Origin: Prolixibacteraceae bacterium
GTDB lineage: Bacteria; Bacteroidota; Bacteroidia; Bacteroidales; Prolixibacteraceae
DNA: 64,000 nt
Assembly (NCBI GenBank): GCA_963662895.1
Contig: OY759982.1
Location: 414,884 to 478,883, forward strand
Direction: 5' to 3'
In this document: positions 56,375 through 64,000 of the stretch, in pieces
Layout: each line of letters starts with the position of its first letter
How positions within the stretch are numbered: the stretch's first letter is position 1
The notes under the pieces: model-generated
What the model was told of the DNA's origin: nothing
The model's input: only the letters and a program-made list of their open reading frames with translations
Database searches by the model: none
Translations under genes and position numbers: made by a program

Positions 56375-57518
56375 ACAAACTTCGTATTCCGTCGCCGAAC
56401 CGAACAAAATAGTATAAAAAGTAGAGCTTTTTATTTTTTATTTTATATCGGTAAACCATGAAACTTTTTGACGGGAAGAAATTGTGAAGCAAAAATTTTA
56501 ATTTGTTTTTCGTCCCTTTTACCCGTTTTAGTCCTGCAATGTTAGCGTTCTTTATGTGAATAGCAAGATGTTCGTTTGGTTCAATGGTATGTAAAAAAAA
56601 CGATTCGTAATAATCATCTCTATATTTATTTAATTGGTTTGTAACATCATCGGGAACAGGTGCTTTTAGGTAGGTATGAGATATAAGGATATGAGGGAAT
56701 ACATATTTTTTAATAGAATGTTCTGAGCAAAAAGAAATTAACTTTTCCCAGTTAAACGAATCGGCTTTTTTCTGTAAAAACCAGGCAATATCAATATATC
56801 CGATAAAATGCATTTGGGCATTTTGCACATGTTCGTCAATGTGTAAACACAGGCTGACAATAAATAACTCGGGATAGAATACCCTGGCATGAACATTTTT
56901 ATATCTTACACTTTGTAGATCTTCGAAAAAACACGATTGAGGAACAGAATACCCATTCCATTCATTAAATATTTTTTTGTGTAATTCAATGCCAACCCCC
57001 TGATTATTGCACATCATTGGAATGTGCTTAATATCCTGATGTTGTAGAATGAAATCAGTCCTTTCTGTTCCTTTAAACCGGAATCCTAATGATAGAATCT
57101 TTTGGGCAGCCGGTTCTATGTTATTTTCTTCCAATAACACATCAATATCGCTCAATTGCCGTAATGAAATATTTTCGTAGATGTGATGTGCCAGGTAAAT
57201 CCCTTTTAACAAGATAGGTGAAATTGATCCGGAATTTAAATGTGCCCCAATTTTCTCAAATTCATTATATATCAGTGTGTTTTTCCGGAGATTTTTAAAA
57301 TAGAATTTCTGCATTTCCCGTAAAATATCGTCGGGCACAAAAGAATTGAATTGCAACGACTGAGTTCTATTGTAAATTAGAGGTGTTGTTCGGGTTTTTA
57401 TGCTTATCTCCAATAATTTGTTCCAGTCAATATTCTTAGTGAGTTCAATAGTATTATTTGACAAATATTGTGGACGAATAGAGGTGAAAAAAAATTGTGT
57501 TGTTTTTGATACGTTCAT
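56346..57518 (-). CDS. Nucleotidyltransferase-fold protein (PF14907-like, the family seen in Firmicutes lasso clusters)
   Basis: LKGIYLAHHIY...LRQLSDIDVLLEEN matches the polymerase-beta-like NTase hG[GS]...D.D signature. Convergent with and overlapping the ABC gene's 3' end. Confidence 0.5.
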   Translation of the reverse strand: MNVSKTTQFFFTSIRPQYLSNNTIELTKNIDWNKLLEISIKTRTTPLIYNRTQSLQFNSFVPDDILREMQKFYFKNLRKNTLIYNEFEKIGAHLNSGSISPILLKGIYLAHHIYENISLRQLSDIDVLLEENNIEPAAQKILSLGFRFKGTERTDFILQHQDIKHIPMMCNNQGVGIELHKKIFNEWNGYSVPQSCFFEDLQSVRYKNVHARVFYPELFIVSLCLHIDEHVQNAQMHFIGYIDIAWFLQKKADSFNWEKLISFCSEHSIKKYVFPHILISHTYLKAPVPDDVTNQLNKYRDDYYESFFLHTIEPNEHLAIHIKNANIAGLKRVKGTKNKLKFLLHNFFPSKSFMVYRYKIKNKKLYFLYYFVRFGDGIRSLFSYLSGKTN

Positions 57519-57924
57519 TTCACATTGAAATTATGTATTTAGTAAAGGTAAAATGAAAAAAGAAAAATACCGGGTTGTATTTTAACAGATTTTTGATGCC
57601 GAGGTTTAACCTGCTTTTTGTCAGTTTTGTACATTGGTTCCTGCATTTATGTGCATTGAAAAACAAATCCCTGTCTGTATAAATATCCCATTGGTTTACT
57701 TTTTACGGGTCATTTATCAAACCTGCCACTAAAGGTTGGCACAAGACAAATTTAATATTTTGGGAAGGACTTCCCCGTGTTTTCAGGGGATACACGACAA
57801 ATTTCCCTTTTTTTCAACAGAAGAATGCTCTTTAACTCCATCTGCAGGTATTATTTTCACGCCAGGCACCCGGATCCAGGAGACAATGGACAGTGTCAAA
57901 TTCCAAAAAACATAGGTACTGGTT

Positions 57925-58009
57925 TTCCTAAGCTGGAAAATTTTTTTCCTGCTTAGCCGTTTGGATTTTCCTAATCATCCAATTTCAATTTCCTAAGCAG
58001 GAAAAAAAA
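57925..58009. repeat. Cluster of three copies (direct, inverted, direct) of TTCCTAAGC(A/T)GGAAAA
   Basis: 57925-57940 direct, 57941-57956 inverted, 57990-58009 direct. Copies 2 and 3 form a 16-bp perfect inverted repeat with a 33-nt spacer. Confidence 0.6.
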
Positions 58010-58142
58010 TCGCCACAGCAGGAAATTGAGTATACATAATACTGAATAAATTGTAACGGAACAAAAACAGGTCATCTCTTTTGCAGGAGGCCTTCTCTTA
58101 AAATAAACGAGACTTATTGGAAAGTTCCGGCGGTAGGTGCTG

Positions 58143-58245
58143 ATAATCGATCCTGTTTCCCCCGGGGCTTAGGGTAAAACGGATGGATTTTCCGATTTGG
58201 AGTGAATCTATCAAAGCAGAACCAGGATTGTAGGGAAATAATTCT
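58143..58245 (+). promoter_or_regulatory. Second copy of the conserved PUL leader element (see 6959-7100)
   Basis: CCCCCGGGGCTTAGGGTAAAACGGATGGATTTTCCGATTT... lies directly upstream of the ECF sigma gene. Confidence 0.4.
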
Positions 58246-58282
58246 TTTGTATTTTTGGCAATCCTTTTTATGTAACTTTATT

Positions 58283-58876
58283 ATGAGTGGACTGAAAAAG
58301 CATATTATTGATGAGGCCCTGGTAAAACGGTTTGCTAATGGGGACATGAAAGCTTTTGATGCCATTTATTCTGTTTTCAACAAAAAGTTACAGAATTTTA
58401 TTTTTACATTGGTCAAAACCAAAACAGATACAGAAGATTTGGTTCATGAAGTATTTGTAAAAGTATGGGAAAACAGAAATAAATTAAGAAATTATACTTC
58501 CTTTGATACATATCTGTTTACTATCGCATATAATTCTACTGTTAGTTTACTGAGGAAAAAGGCTAAAGATGCTCATTATATTGAGTATGTCAAATCAGTG
58601 CAGATCGAAATAGACGAACCTGATTTTATCGAAGGAGGCAATAGTGAAGAAGTTAATGAGAAAATAAACCTGCTGATAGAACAAATGCCTCCACGACAAC
58701 GTGAAGTATTTAAAATGAGGTATTTTCAGGATTATTCTTATAAAGAAATAGCTGAAGCTCTGGGAATATCTGTTAATACCGTTGAAAACCATATTGTTAA
58801 AGCTCATAAATATCTTAAAGAAAACGTAGGAAAAGCCTATTTGTCAATTCTTTTTTTTATTCATCTTTTTTTATAA
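58283..58876 (+). CDS. ECF-type RNA polymerase sigma-70 factor (the track ORF begins at an upstream GTG 58202)
   Basis: Region 2 DLVHEVFVKVWENR. Region 4 YKEIAEALGISVNTVENHIVKA. Confidence 0.85.
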   Translation: MSGLKKHIIDEALVKRFANGDMKAFDAIYSVFNKKLQNFIFTLVKTKTDTEDLVHEVFVKVWENRNKLRNYTSFDTYLFTIAYNSTVSLLRKKAKDAHYIEYVKSVQIEIDEPDFIEGGNSEEVNEKINLLIEQMPPRQREVFKMRYFQDYSYKEIAEALGISVNTVENHIVKAHKYLKENVGKAYLSILFFIHLFL

Positions 58877-59009
58877 AAAATGAATCAGGAATAGTGGTTT
58901 TTTGATTTTTTGCGTCTAACTTATAGTTTGATCAAGTTTTTATCATTTCAAATGCCTGATATCTGTATGGATTTTGAGGTGGGTAAACAGGCTGGAAAAT
59001 AAACGAAAA

Positions 59010-60086
59010 ATGGACAAAAAACTTCTAAATAAGTTTATCGCCAATCAATGTACATCGAATGAGATTGATACAGTTTTCAGTTGGGTCCAAAAATTTCAGG
59101 ACAAATTTTTATTTAAAAGCTATTGGGATGATATTAAAATTACGGATATTTCTGATGACGAACTTGTTCAAAGGCGGCTGGACCGGATTCACCATACCAT
59201 CAATTTAAATCAATCGGAACGATTGGGAAGAGGTAAAGTTCGTTTTTTAAGCAAGAGGAAATCCTCTTTTGTTCAATTCATTTCAAGGGCTGCAGCTATC
59301 CTTTTGTTCCCGCTTTTAACTTTATTTGTTTACATCCGGTTTTTTCAGCCTGAATTATATTCTATGCTCACTGTGTCGCAGGAATATGAGATCGTTTCAC
59401 CTCCTGGTTCCCGTACCCAACTGAAATTATCTGATGGAACAAAAGTTTGGTTAAATCATGGCAGCAGAATGATTTATCCTCAGAAGTTTACAGAGGATAC
59501 GAGGACTGTTGAGCTAACCGGGGAAGCATATTTTGAAGTTGCCCCGGATAAAACAAAACCGTTTGTTGTTGAGGCATCCGGCATGGCTGTAAAAGCTGTT
59601 GGTACTGCATTTAATGTAAAGGCTTATCCTGATGATCCGAATATTGAAACGACATTGGAATCGGGTAAAGTAATTATTTTGAGAAATGCATCCGGTATGA
59701 AAACAGAAGTATGTAACATGACCCCGGGACAGCATTTTATTTTTAACACTATTTCCAGTAAATATTCGCTTAAAACCGAAGACCCTTCTAAATATGTTTC
59801 CTGGAGAGAAGGAAAATTAATATTTCAGGATGATCATCTGGACCAGGTGGCCAATCGGTTGTCCCGCTGGTATAACGTGAAGGTAATTCTTAAAGATTCC
59901 GGGCTTAGTTCGCTTACTTACACTGCTACGTTTGTGGATGAAACACTTGATCAGATCCTTGAAATGCTTGAAATTGTGACCCCAATCTCATATACTATTT
60001 CTGACAGGCAGAAATTGCCTGATGGAACATTTTCAGAAAAAGAAATTTTAATCTATAAAAAAGAAAGAAATGAAAAACTAAATTAA
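59010..60086 (+). CDS. FecR-family anti-sigma factor (FecR + DUF4974); the track ORF begins at an upstream TTG 58974
   Basis: Single TM. LSDGTKVWLNHGSRMIYP...GEAYFEV FecR core. C-terminal RLSRWYNVKVILKD motif. Paralogous to 7279-8295. Confidence 0.85.
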   Translation: MDKKLLNKFIANQCTSNEIDTVFSWVQKFQDKFLFKSYWDDIKITDISDDELVQRRLDRIHHTINLNQSERLGRGKVRFLSKRKSSFVQFISRAAAILLFPLLTLFVYIRFFQPELYSMLTVSQEYEIVSPPGSRTQLKLSDGTKVWLNHGSRMIYPQKFTEDTRTVELTGEAYFEVAPDKTKPFVVEASGMAVKAVGTAFNVKAYPDDPNIETTLESGKVIILRNASGMKTEVCNMTPGQHFIFNTISSKYSLKTEDPSKYVSWREGKLIFQDDHLDQVANRLSRWYNVKVILKDSGLSSLTYTATFVDETLDQILEMLEIVTPISYTISDRQKLPDGTFSEKEILIYKKERNEKLN

Positions 60087-60200
60087 TTATTAAAGAATTG
60101 CTTCTGAAAAAACAGCAGGAAAATGCGCCACATCTCCCTGCCGGTTTAATTTAAAAAAACTCTTTTAAAGAGCTATTTCTAACAATAACAAAACAAAAGT

Positions 60201-63200
60201 ATGAAAAAAAAGATTCATTCCGTCTTTAGGGCGGGAAATGCGTGTATAACACGAAAAATTTTATTGACTATGAGGTTGACAGCTTTTTTATTGTTACTTA
60301 CGGTTATTCAGGTGATGGGGCTTGAATCCTATTCCCAGGAAACAAAAATTTCTCTGAATTTCAAAAGTACCTCTTTAAAAGAGATACTTGCGTCAATTGA
60401 AGACGAAACTGATTTTTACTTCCTGTACAGTTCAGCAATGATTGATGTAGAGAAAAAAGTTAATGTCGATGTAGAGGAAAAGCATATTACAGAAGTGCTT
60501 ACAGAAGTTTTTAAAAACACAGGAATCCGGTATGAAATTAAAGGAAGACAAATCCTGTTGTCTGCCAAAGACAATTTTTTTGGAGAAGATTCTCAGCAGC
60601 CTGTTTCCATCAAAGGCAAAGTAACTGATTCCTCCGGTGCTCCTTTGCCCGGCGTTACGGTAGTAGTGAAAGGCACCACTCAGGGGGTTATTACCGACGC
60701 CGAGGGCAATTACATACTCACAAAAGTGCCAGCCGATGCAACTTTGGTATTTTCTTTTGTAGGAATGAAAACGCAGGAAATACCGATTGGCGGGAAAACT
60801 TCCATTAATGTGACAATGGAGGAAGAATCCATAGGTATTGATGAAGTTGTTGCCATTGGCTACGGAACGCAGAAAAAAGCCACCGTAACCGGATCTATTG
60901 CTACCACCAAAGGAGAAGAACTAGCCAAAATTCCGACAACCAATCTCAGTACAGCACTCACAGGACAAATGACTGGCGTTATCGTTAACACTCGCGGGGC
61001 GAGCCCCGGGAATGAAACAGTTCAGATAAATATTCGCGGGAAAAGCTCCTGGCAAAGCGGTAATGACCCGCTGATTATTATAGATGGAATTGCAAACCGG
61101 AGTGGTTTTGAAAAAATAGACCCCAACGATATCGAAAGTATTTCCGTACTTAAAGATGCCTCAGCTGCTATTTATGGTTCCCGGGCAGCTAACGGTGTTA
61201 TCCTTATCACAACAAAACGTGGTAAAGATAGTGCACCAATTCTGGAATATACAGGAAACCTGTCACTAACTCAACCAACAAGGGTTTCCGAAATGGCACG
61301 CTCATGGCAATTTGCAACATACTATACCGAAGCTCAGCGAAACGGTTATGTATATACCGATGAAGAAATTCAAAAATTTAAAGAAGGGACTGAACCTAAT
61401 TTATATCCAAATTATAATATTCAGGATTATATTCTTCAGTCGTTTGCTCCTCAAACGACACATACCTTATCGTTACGAGGAGGAAATGATGCTGTGAAGT
61501 ATTATGTTTCGGGAAGATACTTATACCAGGATTCTTTTTTTAAAAAAGGTATAGATAATTTCAATAACTACAATATTCGCTCAAATCTTGATGCTAAAAT
61601 AAACAAGAACTTAAAAGTGTCGCTTGACATTTCTGGAAGAAGAGACGATGTACGCAGGGCCGTTGGCTCAAGTACAACGTATAGTGATGCAGTTGGATAC
61701 ACTGATATTGGTTTTTTTGACCACATGTTAGCTATAAATCCAACAATGCCCATTTTTTATGAGAATGGGTTACCTGCCCCAATTTTCGACCAGAATATTG
61801 CAGAGATTATAAAAGGAAAAGCGGGCGAAAAAAATGACCGCACTACTTCAATTAACACGCAGGCTACTTTACGATGGGATTTACCTTTCATTACCGATGG
61901 ATTATTTATTGAAGGGACAGCAGCTTATGATTATGCAAATACACGCACAAAAGAATTCTCAAAAAGTTATGACATTTATGCTTATGATAACTCAACCGGA
62001 GAATACACAAATCTAAATACCAATCCGGTAATGAATCGTAGCTTATATGACCGATACTATAATTCATACCGATATACTTTAAATTCTAAGTTAGGATACT
62101 CCAGAACATTTGAAGACCATAGCTTTAATGCATTTGTAGCTTATGAGCAATACTCAATTAATTATGAATGGATTGAGGCTACAAGAAGCACATTCCTTTC
62201 CGATCAGATTCCTTACCTTTTTGCAGGTGACGCAAATACGCAAAAAAATGATGGTTCGGGATATGAATTTGCTTACCGTAATATGTTTGGCCGTTTTGCA
62301 TATGCATATAAAGAAAAATACCTCCTCGATTTTACATTACGGCGCGATGAGTCGCTTAAGTTTGCAAAAGACAATCGCGTTGGTTGGTTCCCCGGAATTT
62401 CAGTAGGATGGAGGTTGTCTGAAGAACCATTTATTAAAAACAACTACGATTTTGTTGATAACCTGAAACTTCGGGCTTCTTATGGTCAAATGGGGAGCGA
62501 TAATGTTTCTGCCTACCAATACCTGGCTACAGCCGAACTATACAATACATCCGACAGTTACGTTTTAGGCAGCGATCCCTCAGTTGTTTCAACACTTCAC
62601 TTTACCGGAACACCTAATCCTGATATTACCTGGGAAGTTGCAAATTCATATAATTTAGGTTTGGAAGCCATGCTGTGGAATGGCCTGTTAGGCTTCGAAC
62701 TGGAATATTTCTTTTCAAAAAGAAGTAATATTCTGGCAGCAAGAAACGCTTCTGTACCTTATTATGCAGGTATGTCTCTTCCTTATGAAAATATTGGAAA
62801 GGCACAAAACCAGGGTATTGAAGTATTATTGACTCATGACAGGAAAATTGGAGATTTTGCTTACCATATTAAAGGAAATTTCACCTACACTGCCAACAAG
62901 ATTATTTTTATGGATGAGTCACCAAATGTTCCTGATTACCAAAGAAAGGAAAAACATCCTATCGACTCATGGCTTCTTTATAAAACCGATGGTATTTTTA
63001 ATTCCCAGGAAGAGTTAGACGCAACGGAAGTTAAACGTCCGGGAGCACAGGTTGGAGATATAAAATACCTCGACATGAATGATGACATGAAAATTGATGA
63101 TCTGGACAAAGTAAGATTATATGAATCTCCTATTCCGAAAATTATATTTGGGCTGAACCTTGACGTTGAATACAGAAATTTTCAAATCAGCATGTTGTGG

Positions 63201-63605
63201 CAAGGACAAGCCAATGCAAAAACTTACATTAACCCGACCGAAAGGAATGGTGATATAAACATTCCTCTGTGGATGTATAAAGACAGGTGGACCCCTGAAA
63301 ATGCAGAAAATGCCACTATGCCAAGAGCTTTTTACCACAGGTCCGAAAGTTATAATACACTAAAATCAGATTTCTGGTTAAAAGATGCTTCATTTCTTAG
63401 ATTGAAAAATATGGAACTAGCATATAACCTGCCCTCTGGTATAACTTCAAAAGCCTCGATAAGTAAAGCCAAAATATATGTAAGCGGGATGAATTTACTA
63501 CTGTTTGACAAGATCAAAGACTATGACCCTGAAATTGTAAACGATCTGGGGTTGTATTACCCTTCAACCAGAGTTTATAACATTGGCATAAAACTGACTT
63601 TCTAA
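60201..63605 (+). CDS. susC: SusC/RagA-family TonB-dependent receptor with STN extension (signal-peptide start probably at 60270)
   Basis: N-terminal region is ~75% identical to the first SusC across the STN and carboxypeptidase-like domains (IKGKVTDSSGAPLPGVTVVVKGTTQGVITDAEGNY). Plug and barrel domains. C-terminal NIGIKLTF. Confidence 0.9.
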   Translation: MKKKIHSVFRAGNACITRKILLTMRLTAFLLLLTVIQVMGLESYSQETKISLNFKSTSLKEILASIEDETDFYFLYSSAMIDVEKKVNVDVEEKHITEVLTEVFKNTGIRYEIKGRQILLSAKDNFFGEDSQQPVSIKGKVTDSSGAPLPGVTVVVKGTTQGVITDAEGNYILTKVPADATLVFSFVGMKTQEIPIGGKTSINVTMEEESIGIDEVVAIGYGTQKKATVTGSIATTKGEELAKIPTTNLSTALTGQMTGVIVNTRGASPGNETVQINIRGKSSWQSGNDPLIIIDGIANRSGFEKIDPNDIESISVLKDASAAIYGSRAANGVILITTKRGKDSAPILEYTGNLSLTQPTRVSEMARSWQFATYYTEAQRNGYVYTDEEIQKFKEGTEPNLYPNYNIQDYILQSFAPQTTHTLSLRGGNDAVKYYVSGRYLYQDSFFKKGIDNFNNYNIRSNLDAKINKNLKVSLDISGRRDDVRRAVGSSTTYSDAVGYTDIGFFDHMLAINPTMPIFYENGLPAPIFDQNIAEIIKGKAGEKNDRTTSINTQATLRWDLPFITDGLFIEGTAAYDYANTRTKEFSKSYDIYAYDNSTGEYTNLNTNPVMNRSLYDRYYNSYRYTLNSKLGYSRTFEDHSFNAFVAYEQYSINYEWIEATRSTFLSDQIPYLFAGDANTQKNDGSGYEFAYRNMFGRFAYAYKEKYLLDFTLRRDESLKFAKDNRVGWFPGISVGWRLSEEPFIKNNYDFVDNLKLRASYGQMGSDNVSAYQYLATAELYNTSDSYVLGSDPSVVSTLHFTGTPNPDITWEVANSYNLGLEAMLWNGLLGFELEYFFSKRSNILAARNASVPYYAGMSLPYENIGKAQNQGIEVLLTHDRKIGDFAYHIKGNFTYTANKIIFMDESPNVPDYQRKEKHPIDSWLLYKTDGIFNSQEELDATEVKRPGAQVGDIKYLDMNDDMKIDDLDKVRLYESPIPKIIFGLNLDVEYRNFQISMLWQGQANAKTYINPTERNGDINIPLWMYKDRWTPENAENATMPRAFYHRSESYNTLKSDFWLKDASFLRLKNMELAYNLPSGITSKASISKAKIYVSGMNLLLFDKIKDYDPEIVNDLGLYYPSTRVYNIGIKLTF

Positions 63606-63624
63606 CTAAAAAACAAGTGAAAAA

Positions 63625-64000
63625 ATGAAAAATATATATCGAATTATATTTGCAATTCTGATTATCCTTTCTGCTTTTGCCTGCAGCGACGACCTTTTGG
63701 ATAAAAAACCGTTAGACAAATTTTCAGAGACCTCAGTTTGGGAGGATCTCAACCTTGTCGAGGCTTATGTTAATAGTCAATACAAAGTCCTGCCAAAGAT
63801 TGGTTGGTACGAATGGATAAGAGCCTACCAACTAAGCTGTTTTACTGATGAAGCAACACATAAATACGGCTACCACGGAATTTATGATTACTGGGGAGGA
63901 GTTATGGGCTCTTCGATTACAACAAGTATCGATGTTTGGGAATATCATTACGAATTTATCAAAGGGTGTAATGTATTTCTGGCAAATATCGATAATGTTC
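63625..64000 (+). CDS. susD: SusD/RagB-family lipoprotein, 5' partial (runs off the window end)
   Basis: MKNIYRIIFAILIILSAFACSDDLLDKKPLDKF is a lipoprotein signal plus a SusD-like N-terminus, positioned directly after SusC. Confidence 0.7.
   Translation, partial: MKNIYRIIFAILIILSAFACSDDLLDKKPLDKFSETSVWEDLNLVEAYVNSQYKVLPKIGWYEWIRAYQLSCFTDEATHKYGYHGIYDYWGGVMGSSITTSIDVWEYHYEFIKGCNVFLANIDNV

Noticed and set aside
52730-57518. A straightforward lasso-peptide cluster
   Set aside because: No asparagine-synthetase-like cyclase (C) or transglutaminase-like B2 protease is encoded nearby. The candidate precursor also lacks the Thr(-2)/Gly-Ala-Ser-Cys(+1) junction. The cluster is therefore reported as a lasso-related but distinct RiPP-like system.

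Overview
This window reads as a Bacteroidetes chromosome segment: SusC/SusD pairs, FecR/ECF-sigma cassettes and a T9SS C-terminal sorting domain are all present. Layout from 5' to 3' follows.

- **1-5 kb:** a 3'-truncated pyruvate phosphate dikinase (minus strand), then clpB.
- **5-19 kb:** an ECF-sigma / anti-sigma / SusC / SusD polysaccharide utilization locus (PUL). An AAA+ (DUF4143) ATPase gene sits between sigma and anti-sigma. Cargo genes are DUF1080, a Gfo/Idh/MocA oxidoreductase, a GH78-like hydrolase and a GH5-like hydrolase.
- **19-28.7 kb:** housekeeping genes (pfkA, ispH, cmk, a DEAD-box helicase, a NUDIX fusion, a DHH phosphoesterase, ndk, an HD protein with a small [2Fe-2S] protein, a PorQ-like outer-membrane protein). 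A tandem array of 23-bp palindromic repeats lies in the cmk/PorQ-like intergenic region.
- **28.9-34.1 kb:** tRNA-Arg(CCG) followed by a ~5.1-kb integrase-less islet. Its far end carries an exact 15-nt direct repeat of the tRNA 3' end. Cargo is a long WYL-domain regulator, an SPFH/band-7 protein and RtcB RNA ligase.
- **34.7-52.6 kb:** a membrane-anchored LuxR-type regulator, then one 16.5-kb gene for a 5510-aa GLUG-repeat protein with a T9SS C-terminal sorting domain. The gene is built from kb-scale near-identical DNA repeats.
- **52.7-57.5 kb:** the most unusual region, a RiPP-like cluster. It has a 58-aa candidate precursor, a PqqD-like RRE, an HPr-kinase-like protein, an S24/S26-peptidase::ABC-exporter fusion and a PF14907-like nucleotidyltransferase. 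No lasso cyclase or B2 protease is present.
- **58.1-64 kb:** a second ECF-sigma / FecR / SusC / SusD PUL that shares a conserved ~90-nt structured leader with the first PUL.

Several orphan terminators, inverted-repeat clusters and an interleaved (pseudoknot- or attenuator-like) inverted-repeat set are also present. All protein calls come from reading the translations; no database search was run.
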